Notes under the pieces: model-generated | The model's input: only the letters and a program-made list of their open reading frames with translations | Database searches by the model: none | Told to the model about the DNA's origin: nothing | Translations under genes and position numbers: made by a program | In this document: piece after piece, positions 31,930 to 40,610 of the stretch | Layout of the letters: every line of letters starts with the position of its first letter | How positions within the stretch are numbered: position 1 is the first letter of the stretch | Assembly: GCA_963702895.1 (NCBI GenBank) | Contig: OY969767.1 | Coordinates: 2,592,001-2,656,000, forward strand | Direction: 5' to 3' | DNA from: an uncultured Elusimicrobia bacterium | GTDB taxonomy: Bacteria; Elusimicrobiota; Elusimicrobia; 2-01-FULL-59-12 | Length of the DNA: 64,000 bases

Positions 31930-32355
31930 TTAGGAGATTTTTGGGGGTTCCGGCTGGATCACTTTCAGGGTTTCTTCGACGTCGGGTTTCAGGCTGCTTT
32001 GAGGATATTTCTCGAGGAATGCTTTAAGCGTGGCGCTGGCCTGGGCCGTCTTGCCGGCGCGAGCTTCTTCAACGGCCATTCGAAACATCTTCACTTCTTC
32101 AATCGACACGGGGGCTTGGGTCTCTTTCCCCTTCCAATAGAGCTGCTTCGATACGGGGCCCTGCTTGGAGCCGCGCAGGCCTGCGACGCTAGAACCTGAG
32201 GAGCTGGGTTGATTGGCCCGCCGCGCGATGTGGTCGAGCTTCGTCTGCAATTCTTCCAGATAGGCGGCGCCTTGCGGGGCGGGACGAGCGTCTTCCGCGC
32301 GGGCGCACGGCACGATCGCCCATAAACCAAGAACAAGAGCAGCGAAAACTTTCAT
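31930..32355 (-). CDS. Secreted hypothetical protein with TPR-like C-terminus
   Basis: Signal peptide; A...LKAFLEKYPQS motif. GGAGG upstream. Confidence 0.75.
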   Translation of the reverse strand: MKVFAALVLGLWAIVPCARAEDARPAPQGAAYLEELQTKLDHIARRANQPSSSGSSVAGLRGSKQGPVSKQLYWKGKETQAPVSIEEVKMFRMAVEEARAGKTAQASATLKAFLEKYPQSSLKPDVEETLKVIQPEPPKIS

Positions 32356-32371
32356 AAAAGCCTCCGAGGGT

Positions 32372-32557
32372 TTAGATTCTGTGGATCAGGTAACCAGCAC
32401 AGCACACGACAAGGGCCGCACCGAGGATGATAAAGACGGGGACAGAGCCTTTGCTTTTGACTTTCTTCCATGTGAGCATGCCTCGGTAAACCGTCACAGC
32501 GCCCCAGAGAATTCCCGCACTTGCGAACATCAGATCTCTCGTTTCACTGGGTCCCAT
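32372..32557 (-). CDS. Small two-TM hypothetical protein
   Basis: Two hydrophobic segments joined by a Lys-rich loop. Confidence 0.55.
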   Translation of the reverse strand: MGPSETRDLMFASAGILWGAVTVYRGMLTWKKVKSKGSVPVFIILGAALVVCCAGYLIHRI

Positions 32558-32610
32558 GTTAGGGCGAGTTTAACCTGCGTCCCAGACGACCGCAAGGGAA
32601 TTTATCGTCG

Positions 32611-32844
32611 ATGGAGAAATTTTACGACTTGTTGAGTCTACTCGGCCGGCCGGTCCCCGCACTCCACATGCTCGAGCGACAAGCACTCATAGGGTTTTTC
32701 GATGGCATAACTCACGGAGCTCGAAATTTCACGAAAAATGGAGAGGACGACCGCCTTCACCCGGTCTCCATCTTGAAAGGGCTTTCCACATTTGGCGCAG
32801 GACTGCTTCATGATTTATGGCGTATTATAACCCTCTTTTTCTAA
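32611..32844 (+). CDS. Small hypothetical protein
   Basis: 77-aa ORF that fills the gap; overlaps the mtgA 3' end by 30 nt. Confidence 0.35.
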   Translation: MEKFYDLLSLLGRPVPALHMLERQALIGFFDGITHGARNFTKNGEDDRLHPVSILKGLSTFGAGLLHDLWRIITLFF

Positions 32845-33495
32845 ACGCTCCATCACGCGGCTGCGGCGCTCAGCCAAGAAGGGCTTTTCGCTAAAGGGGC
32901 TCCACTTTCTTGGGCTCGGCAGGATAGAAGCCAGCGCGGCCGCTTCCCAGGGCGCGATCTCGGAAGATGACTTCCAGCAGTAATACTGGGAAGCCGCCTC
33001 AACACCGTAAATGCCGGGCCCCCACTCCGCCAGATTCAAATAGAGCTCCAGAATGCGTCTTTTGGGCAAGAGAGCTTCCAGATAAAGCGTCAGCACCGCC
33101 TCCTTAAGCTTCCGAAGGATCGACTTTCTTGGGCGCAAGTAGAGGGTCCGGGCCAGCTGCTGCGTAATCGTACTACCACCATAAACGTATCGTCTTTTGA
33201 GCCAGTTTCTTTCAAATGCTATGCGGATTTGTTCCAGATCAAATCCATGATGTTGGTAGAACCGATCATCTTCCGCAATGACAATCGCGTGGACAAGGGC
33301 TGGCGAGATCTCACGTAAGGGCTTCCACGACAACACAGGCGTAAACTTCCGTCCTCGTTTCCTGGCCTCGGCCCTGCGTAATTCTATTAAGGAAGTCGTG
33401 CGGGGATTTTGGGTCTTGAGGTCAAAAACGCGGTAGGGCCAAAAGAGGTAGAGCAGAAACACGGCAAGAGCAAGTTTCGCGAAACGGCGGATCAC
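32815..33495 (-). CDS. mtgA: Monofunctional peptidoglycan transglycosylase
   Basis: AEDDRFYQHHGFD, GGSTITQQLAR, RKLKE, ILELYLN, GIYGVEAAS. Confidence 0.93.
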   Translation of the reverse strand: MIRRFAKLALAVFLLYLFWPYRVFDLKTQNPRTTSLIELRRAEARKRGRKFTPVLSWKPLREISPALVHAIVIAEDDRFYQHHGFDLEQIRIAFERNWLKRRYVYGGSTITQQLARTLYLRPRKSILRKLKEAVLTLYLEALLPKRRILELYLNLAEWGPGIYGVEAASQYYCWKSSSEIAPWEAAALASILPSPRKWSPFSEKPFLAERRSRVMERLEKEGYNTP

Positions 33496-33499
33496 AGGT

Positions 33500-34459
33500 T
33501 CATTGTATAAGCGAAGCAGGTGTTTTCGTCCAGGCGCCCTGCAGGAGTTTGCGCGCCTTATGAAGGCGCGACATGACCGTCCCTTCCGGGATACGCATCT
33601 TCCGTGCGATATGTTCATAAGAAAGACCTTTGAGGCAATAGAGTTCGAGGACCTTTCGGTAAGGCTGTGGGATTTGTCCCAACGTTTCTAAGGCCTGTTG
33701 TCCCATCTCTTTGGCAGCCAGCATATTCTCCTCTGGCTCTTGCTGATCAAGAAGCGGAAGGATCTGTTCCGCTTTTGTTTCCAGAAGAGCTTCCAAGGAG
33801 AGGGGCAGCGGCTTTCGGTAGGCGGCCATATATTCATTCATCGCAATTCGGTAGATCCATGTAAAAAAGCCTGCTTCGCCGCGAAATTCCGGCAGACGAT
33901 CGAGGGCCGTTTCCAGTGTGTGGGAGATGACATCCTCCAGATGCGTTTCGTTGCGAATGGCGCTGCCGAGGCTTTCCACCAATCGTTTTCGGTATTTCTG
34001 GATGAGCACATCAAACGCCGAGCGATTCCCCGCGACAGCGGCTTGGATCAATTTATATTCGGCGCTCATCGGTCCATTCCAGGGGCAGGTATTCTCTTCC
34101 AGATGGTAGAGCACGCGGTCTAAGAGCTGTGCCGGGTTGAGAGGTTTGGCGATATAGTCACTGGCCCCGCAGGAAAAGCCGTGCAGCCATTCCTCCGGGC
34201 GACGCCTGACGGTGAGCATGATGATGGGGAGCTCCTCTGCCCCGTAGTCTTTTCGCGCCTGCGCGCAAAAATCATAGCCGCTCATATCGGGCAGATTAAT
34301 GTCGAGAAGAATGGCCCCGGGTTTCCGCTCGCGCAGAAGCGCGAGCCCTTGGGCCCCGGTCTCGACCGTGCTCACCAGGAGCCTGGCCCGTCCCAGGATA
34401 CGCCGGAGGAGCAATTGATAGTCTTCCTCATCTTCCACACACAAGACCGTTCGGTTCAT
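33500..34459 (-). CDS. Receiver domain fused to ECF-type sigma factor
   Basis: REC (VEDE, LLDINLPD, MLT, YIAKP), sigma2 (FRGEAGFFTWIYRIAMN), sigma4 (SYEHIARKMRIPEGTVMSRLHKAR). AGGAG RBS. Confidence 0.9.
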   Translation of the reverse strand: MNRTVLCVEDEEDYQLLLRRILGRARLLVSTVETGAQGLALLRERKPGAILLDINLPDMSGYDFCAQARKDYGAEELPIIMLTVRRRPEEWLHGFSCGASDYIAKPLNPAQLLDRVLYHLEENTCPWNGPMSAEYKLIQAAVAGNRSAFDVLIQKYRKRLVESLGSAIRNETHLEDVISHTLETALDRLPEFRGEAGFFTWIYRIAMNEYMAAYRKPLPLSLEALLETKAEQILPLLDQQEPEENMLAAKEMGQQALETLGQIPQPYRKVLELYCLKGLSYEHIARKMRIPEGTVMSRLHKARKLLQGAWTKTPASLIQ

Positions 34460-34460
34460 G

Positions 34461-35927
34461 TCAGACTCTCCTTCGGCTGTCGTCATGAGGAGCGCTTTCA
34501 AGACTCGTGATGGCAGGAAGCGTAAACGAAAAGCAGCTGCCCTCTCCGGGACGGCTGGCCACACGGAGCGTGCCGCGATGCTCTTCGATCAAAAGCCGGC
34601 AGATGGCCAGGCCAAGGCCTGTCCCTTTCGGTCCCTTGACGGCCGCACGGGCCGATTTCACCTGCTCAAACTTGTCAAAAATCTTTTTCTGATCTTCAGG
34701 CGAGATCCCAAGGCCGCTGTCTTTGACCCAAACGCACAGTTGGCCCTCTTTCGGAAGGTGCTCGAGGCCGAGCTCGATCATGCCCCCGTCTGGAGTGAAC
34801 TTGATAGCGTTGGACAGGAGGTTGATGAGGACCTGGCGGACCTTGTTGCTGTCCGCCCAGGCTTTTGGCAGGGCCCCGCGGGGGACGCGAACGCGCGCGA
34901 GGAGAGACCTTTCGTCCAATTTCGGCGCGTAGAACGACAGAACCTCTTGAACAAGCTCATCCAACGCGAAGGCTTGGCAATCCAGGACCATTTTGCCGCG
35001 CTCAAGCGCTGCCACATCCAGCAAGTCGTTCACGAAACGCGTGAGACGCTGAGCATTCGCTTGAAGGCGACCGATATAGAGTGGCCAGGACTCTTGGTTT
35101 GTGCCCTCCCGGACTTCCTCGTCCATCAGGTTCAAGAAGGACTCCATCGCGCTCAAGGGGGAGCGCAGTTCATGCGTGACCGCCGATACAAAGTCTTCTT
35201 TCATCGCGTCGAGCTGCTGAAGATCGTTGGCCATGGACTGAAAGGATCTGGAAAGAAGCCCCAACTCGTCCGCGCGAAGCGTCGCCTGGAGGGGTTCGAT
35301 CTGATAGATCCCCTTGCCCACGTGTCCCGAGGCTTGCGCCAAAGCTTCGATCGGTCTTGTCCAGGAGCGCGCCAGTCCAAACGACACCAGCACGCCGATG
35401 GCCACCGCGCCGAGCGCGATCAACTCGAGGCGCTCTTGGAGCCCGGCCAAGCGTGCGCCCATCAGGGCCTGAAGTTTCTCTTCCGAGAAGCCTGCCGAGA
35501 CGTTGGCGACGCACTGTCCCCCGAGATGGACGGCTTGCGTGAGCACGAGGATGGCGTTGCGCCCGTCATGCTCGCTGGCCGAGGATCTCTCCGAGCTCAG
35601 ACCGCTCCTGGGAGGGAGGACGCTGCCTATTTGATGGGGTTCGGAATGGGCCAGGATTTCACCGCGGGGGCTCACCACGCTCAGACTCGTGATGGCGGGG
35701 TTCCATTTCTGTATCCATCGCGTGTACTTCACCAGCAACAGGTCATCGTTGGTCAAAAATGACTCGCGGGCAATATGCGCGACATTCTGCACCAGCGCGC
35801 GGCGCTCCTTCTCTGCTTCCGCACGAAACGTGCGGCTCTCGGCAAGGTAGAAAGTGCCGCACAGGGCCATGGTGGTGCCGGCCAGAAGGCCGGAGACCGT
35901 CAAGGAGAGTTTAGGGAAAAGCTTCAT
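34461..35927 (-). CDS. HAMP-domain sensor histidine kinase
   Basis: Two TMs, HAMP (DELGLLSRSF), THELRSP, NLLSNAIKF, DSGLG, GTGLGL. Confidence 0.93.
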   Translation of the reverse strand: MKLFPKLSLTVSGLLAGTTMALCGTFYLAESRTFRAEAEKERRALVQNVAHIARESFLTNDDLLLVKYTRWIQKWNPAITSLSVVSPRGEILAHSEPHQIGSVLPPRSGLSSERSSASEHDGRNAILVLTQAVHLGGQCVANVSAGFSEEKLQALMGARLAGLQERLELIALGAVAIGVLVSFGLARSWTRPIEALAQASGHVGKGIYQIEPLQATLRADELGLLSRSFQSMANDLQQLDAMKEDFVSAVTHELRSPLSAMESFLNLMDEEVREGTNQESWPLYIGRLQANAQRLTRFVNDLLDVAALERGKMVLDCQAFALDELVQEVLSFYAPKLDERSLLARVRVPRGALPKAWADSNKVRQVLINLLSNAIKFTPDGGMIELGLEHLPKEGQLCVWVKDSGLGISPEDQKKIFDKFEQVKSARAAVKGPKGTGLGLAICRLLIEEHRGTLRVASRPGEGSCFSFTLPAITSLESAPHDDSRRRV

Positions 35928-37209
35928 CGCGAGGCTCTTCCTCTCTCCGAAGCGCAATTTCCTTTTGGACTTTGCCCAGGGCGAGTTTCGCTTTTTCATG
36001 ACCGGGGTTCATGCGCGCCGTGATGCGCCACTCTCTCATCGCCTCATCAAGTTTCCCGCTCGCGTAGGCGATGAGCCCTGCTTCGTAGTGCAACTGCGCG
36101 GCTTTTGGATCATGAAGCCGACGCCTCTCGGCGGTCGCCATCGCAAGATAGGCGTGAGCCCCTGGATGTGAAGGGTCAAGACGCAAGACGTCCTCAAAGG
36201 CCTCCTGGGCTTGAGCGAAAAGCCGGTGGTCCAGGGCGCCAAGCCCCTCCTGCAGCCTGCTTTCGATCGCTCGCCTTTTCTTTTCCCCGAGCCTGGCCGC
36301 GCGGTCTTTCTCCAGCGCGGCTTCCGTTTGCACCAGGTAGTAGCCCAATTGGGGATAACCGGGTTCTTGAATGGCGATCTTCCTGAATTCTTCCAGTGCG
36401 CTCGGGAAGCGTTTCTGCTGGAAATGATGGACCCCGCTGTCGAAAAGACCCTTCAGGTCCTCCAGGCGCTTGAGCTCATCGCAATGCCGACGCGCAAGGG
36501 TTTCGTAGGCCGGGACGCGCAGCAGCTTCATATGACGTTCGGCTTCAGCAGGGGCATCGCTTTGCGTAATGAGCGTCCGCAGTTTTGTCCACGCGGACAG
36601 TGCCGCGGCATAATCCGCCTGGCCGTAGGCATAGAACCCTTCCACCGCGTAGCGCTCCATGATCGACATCCCCGCGTTGCCATCCAGAGCATGCCGCATC
36701 TGACTTTGTAGCTCGCTCAGCTCCCTTTGGGCTTCTGGAAACGAGCCTTCTTCCGAAAGCACCTTCAGGAGAATGTCGGCAGCCGAAAGGAGTCGCCCCG
36801 CTTGGCGCTCCAGTCGCGCCTCTTCGCAAGCCGAAAGCCACTTCGATTTTTGTGCCCGCTCCGCAGCGCTTGATGTCTCTTGAAAAGCTTGGGCCAAGGG
36901 TTCGAGGTTTTCGTCACGCTGCCGAGCGAAGCTCGTGGCCTCATTTAAGATCTGGAGCCGGTGCTCGCGGAGGAGGCCCTGGCGCTCCGCTTCCATTTGG
37001 CGCGTTGTCAGCGTCACGTAGGCGTGGGCTTCCGCGTTGGAGGGGTCGCTTTGAAGCACCTCGAGAAAATCCGCCATCGCCTCTGACCATCGGCGCGCTT
37101 GAAAGGAGGCAATGCCGCTCTCCAGGCTTGCCGAGCAGTACTGAGAAGAAGCCGGGATGGCCACGATCAAAACCAGGGGGACAATCGATCGAGCGCCTTG
37201 GCGGTTCAT
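35911..37209 (-). CDS. Exported TPR-repeat protein
   Basis: Hydrophobic N-terminus; TPR motifs (EVLQSDPSNAEA, VLRLDPSHPGA, MNPGHEKA). Confidence 0.85.
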   Translation of the reverse strand: MNRQGARSIVPLVLIVAIPASSQYCSASLESGIASFQARRWSEAMADFLEVLQSDPSNAEAHAYVTLTTRQMEAERQGLLREHRLQILNEATSFARQRDENLEPLAQAFQETSSAAERAQKSKWLSACEEARLERQAGRLLSAADILLKVLSEEGSFPEAQRELSELQSQMRHALDGNAGMSIMERYAVEGFYAYGQADYAAALSAWTKLRTLITQSDAPAEAERHMKLLRVPAYETLARRHCDELKRLEDLKGLFDSGVHHFQQKRFPSALEEFRKIAIQEPGYPQLGYYLVQTEAALEKDRAARLGEKKRRAIESRLQEGLGALDHRLFAQAQEAFEDVLRLDPSHPGAHAYLAMATAERRRLHDPKAAQLHYEAGLIAYASGKLDEAMREWRITARMNPGHEKAKLALGKVQKEIALRREEEPRDEAFP

Positions 37210-38654
37210 CGAATCACCATGAGCTTTCCCGTCTTTCTGTCTACGGAGGAGCTCACCTCCCAGAGGTAAACGCCGGAGGCAACAGGATCGCCGTGAACCG
37301 TTTTCACGTCCCAGACCTCCTGTGCCAAGGACCCTCCCAGGTCGGTGTGGTGAAGTTCACGAACGAGCTCACCCGAGAGGGTGAATATTTTGATGTGACA
37401 CTCCGAAGGAAGGTTGCTGAAGGTGATGCCTCCCGTTTCTGTGCCTGTCTGGGCGGGCCCCGGCCCTGCCTGTGGTCCATGAGGACGCCAGGGCACCGGG
37501 AACGCGTAACTCTCCGAAGCGTTGCCATCGGGGCTGCCCATGAGGGCAAAGACAGAAAAGCGGGTGATGGGGGCAGAGACACTTTGGCTGTCGCCCCGAA
37601 AACGGCTTTCGGGGATTTTGACCCAGAGCTTGTGCTCTTCATCGAGCGCCCAGAGCGAAAGCGTCTGTGGCCGTATGAGGGCGGGTAAAACGCTGGGGCT
37701 CGAGCCCAGGCCGTAGCTCATGATGAGCTCTGCCGTCTGGGAGAGGGGTCCTAAACCGTCTCCTTGCGCGTTGCAGGCTGTGATTTCCTGAATTGAGACA
37801 GGAACGCGGTAGGCCCCGCCGGATCTGGCCGCCTTTTCATTGGCTTCCTGAATCAGCCCGGGGTCGATGCGTAAGGGGTTGTTGATCGGGTCCCTCGCCA
37901 GCAAGATGACGGAAAAATCAGAGAGTGATTGACTGGGGATGTGAAGAAAGGTCACAGCAGAGGCAGGCCACGTGGTTCCGAGAGCGCCCTCGGGCACAAT
38001 GGGGTTCAGAACAACATTGTTGAGGTGGGGGTCGAGCAGCGTTGAGAAGGAAATGTGCACGTCCTGATCGAGCGGCTCGCCGTCTACGCTTCGAATCTGC
38101 GGGGAGAGATGAACATCGTAGAGCGTGTTCCCCATCCAGGCCTGCCCAGGGCTGATCGTGATGGTGCGGGTCTCCGGATCGTGAGAGACCCTGATCGGTG
38201 CCGTGGCGCTCCCGGGAAGGCCAGCATGGTCTCGGAGAAGACTTACTTGGAGTCCTGAAGCAAGAGACGCATCGTCCAGTTGATCTGAAAACACCAGAGT
38301 GACAGGGGCGTCCAGCGCAACGCCCACCTGCCACCCATCCTGGTAAAAGGATTTTTGACCTGGCAAGCCCACGCGCGCCGAAAGCACGGTAAGCGGCATG
38401 CCGCTTCCGAACCCGCCCGCCAGATACCCGGACAAGAGCGTATAAGGTGGCGCGCTTACGAGCGTTGCCGCTGCTGGCTCGCCCCAGGCAAATCTAAGGC
38501 TAAAGTCTCCGCTCGCCATCGCGGAGGAGCCGGTTGCTCCCTGGAGGTCTTTCGTGAGGACCAAGGTCCCGCCCGTCGCGGGGCCGGCATGCGCCAGCCC
38601 GCCCAAGAGCGCCAGCAGGAAAACGCTAAGGAGTTGTCGCCTTAAGCTTTTCAT
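37206..38654 (-). CDS. Secreted Ig-like (Big_5/SbsA-like) protein with T9SS-CTD/FlgD-like C-terminal domain
   Basis: Signal peptide, VTLVFS..LD, TLYDV, and C-terminal FPVPW...ITF.NL..IKIFTLSGELVR..WD..G..VASGVY..KTGKLMVIR. Confidence 0.8.
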   Translation of the reverse strand: MKSLRRQLLSVFLLALLGGLAHAGPATGGTLVLTKDLQGATGSSAMASGDFSLRFAWGEPAAATLVSAPPYTLLSGYLAGGFGSGMPLTVLSARVGLPGQKSFYQDGWQVGVALDAPVTLVFSDQLDDASLASGLQVSLLRDHAGLPGSATAPIRVSHDPETRTITISPGQAWMGNTLYDVHLSPQIRSVDGEPLDQDVHISFSTLLDPHLNNVVLNPIVPEGALGTTWPASAVTFLHIPSQSLSDFSVILLARDPINNPLRIDPGLIQEANEKAARSGGAYRVPVSIQEITACNAQGDGLGPLSQTAELIMSYGLGSSPSVLPALIRPQTLSLWALDEEHKLWVKIPESRFRGDSQSVSAPITRFSVFALMGSPDGNASESYAFPVPWRPHGPQAGPGPAQTGTETGGITFSNLPSECHIKIFTLSGELVRELHHTDLGGSLAQEVWDVKTVHGDPVASGVYLWEVSSSVDRKTGKLMVIR

Positions 38655-39745
38655 GGGTCTCCTTCATCATGCGCAGCGCGTCAGGGTGTGTCGGGTCGAT
38701 TTCCAGGGACTTGTTGAATTCCACAAGGGCCTCCGCGTAACGCCCTCTCCGCAGTTCCCGCATGCCTTGAAGGTAGGCCGTCTGTGCCAAGACCACGGGA
38801 TCAGGAGGCGTGATACCAAAACGGAGGGTCAGTCCTGCCTTGTGGGTTTGCCCAAGGTCCCCCGCGTCGGCAAAGGCATAGTCCACTTGCAGGGTGCGAA
38901 ATTTTATGCCCGCGCCAAGGCGCAAGCCTGTCCCCACGTCCGCGCGAGAGGTGTAACCAGCCCGTAGAATCAGCAAGCGCAAAGAGGAAAGTTTCAAGGC
39001 CTGCCCCCGTGGAGGTTTTTCCTGCCTGGGGTTGTTCGCCGTCAAGGGTGAGCGTGAGTTTTTCGCCCAGCCACACCCCGGTCCAGGAAAGGCCGCCAAC
39101 CAAAGCCCGAGGGAGAGGGAACGACTCCTGGTCAAATTTCAAGGACGAACCCATGTTTTTGAGCGCAAGCCCCAGCGTGAGCCCTTCGAAAGTCTGACTA
39201 TGCCGTCGCCCGGGGCTATAAAGGAGGCCTATGTCGATGGCCAGCGCATGGGCCGAAATGGAATCCAAACGCTCCTCGATCCATTTTGCCGTTCCACCCA
39301 GCGAAAGCTCCGACCCCATCCTTCGGTTGCTGAAGAGGGTCCTCGCGTAACTTAGAGCTAGGGCCGTGTCGCTTGCGCTCACTTCTCCCGTGGCCTCTCC
39401 GACAGCGTCAAAGGCCTCAAAAGAGCCCGTACCCAAATGAGTCAGGGATCCTGCCAGGGTTCCCCACCGGGCGGAGGGGTGGGCATAAGCGACATAGTCC
39501 GATCGCATGTCCAGGGCGAGTTCCGCATGCACAAAGCCAGCTTCTCTGGATTGGAGTCTGGCCAGTCCCGCGGGGTTCCAATAGGTGGCGTAAACGTCAT
39601 CCGCAAGACCCACTTGGGCCTCCCCCATGCCGATGCCCCGGGGACTGGCACCCAGTCTGAGAAATTGGGCGGATGAGGTGCCGGGGTCTGAGGCCAGCGC
39701 CGCCCCAGGCCAAAGGGTCCATAGCAAGAGAAGGAAGCGTTTCAT
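38626..39745 (-). pseudogene. PorV/PorQ-like outer-membrane beta-barrel with C-terminal TPR, split by a 1-nt frameshift near 38992-38994
   Basis: FLRLGASPRGIGMGEA..YWNPAGL in the first frame; LRAGY..G.G..VDYAF...DLGQTH in the second. Removing one A in CTTGAAACTT joins the frames. Confidence 0.8.
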
Positions 39746-39896
39746 CAAGGACCCCTATCCCTTAGAGGAGTTTGGCCAGGAAATATTCATTCCTCCGTCG
39801 ACGAATTGATTTTTAGCGGTGGTCACCCCTTAACGTTACGGTATTGCCGCAAGCTGGGGCATGGGGCGTTAGGGGAAAAATGCTGCCCCTAAAGAC

Positions 39897-40475
39897 CTAT
39901 GGAAAGACTGGGCTGGCCTGGGGTTCCTGCTGGAGGTATGTATGGACGAGAAGCGAGAAGGAGGGAGCGATCTCCGCCATGATGGTGATTTTCGTATACG
40001 CGACGATGTCGGCGTGGTTGATACGAACGATGGGGCACTCGCCATCTGACGTGGTGCGGTTAAAATCAAAGCCAATGGGATCAACCTCGCCAGAGCTCGG
40101 GCGCGCAAATTGAGCGTAGCCGTTCTTGAGAAGAACTTCCGAAAGCACCCGATCATGGATCATGGCCATGCCCATTTCATGATAAAGCGTTCGGCCGGTG
40201 TTGGCGAGGAGGGTGAGGTCTCCTACATCAAAGGCAGGGAAAATATAGCGCGTGACGAGAGACCTATAAGAAGGCGGGAGCTTTCGCTGGAGCGCGTCTT
40301 CCAAGGACTCAATCCAATTGATGCGATCAAAACGCTGAATGGTCCAGTCATAGTAGAGCCCGAACTCCGCGCCACCCCCGCGCAAGGGATGAGGAACATC
40401 TTCTTCCCGAATACGACGACGCGGCGTATTATTGACTTTTCTGACGAAGGCATCGACGACATCATCCACTTCCAT
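39897..40475 (-). CDS. SMI1/KNR4 (SUKH)-like protein
   Basis: LEDALQRKLPPSYRSL, DPIGFD, CPIVRINH, IAPSF. Confidence 0.7.
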   Translation of the reverse strand: MEVDDVVDAFVRKVNNTPRRRIREEDVPHPLRGGGAEFGLYYDWTIQRFDRINWIESLEDALQRKLPPSYRSLVTRYIFPAFDVGDLTLLANTGRTLYHEMGMAMIHDRVLSEVLLKNGYAQFARPSSGEVDPIGFDFNRTTSDGECPIVRINHADIVAYTKITIMAEIAPSFSLLVHTYLQQEPQASPVFP

Positions 40476-40610
40476 GCCTTATTTCCCCCTCCGCGCATTT
40501 GGCGACTCTGAAATTTTAGGGAAACTTGATGGAATCTTCTATAGAGCGGAAGATTCGAAATAGAAGGCCAAAAGACCCAGCCCTTCTCTAGGACTCGGCG
40601 ACCCTGCTGG

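Noticed and set aside
34458..35762. 434-aa plus-strand ORF
   Set aside because: Antisense shadow of the histidine kinase.
39749..39896. Possible riboswitch or terminator upstream of the PorV-like operon
   Set aside because: Hairpins exist (TTAGGGG/CCCCTAA, 39869-39892), but there is no U tract and no match to a riboswitch consensus I can recognise; an Rfam search would be needed.
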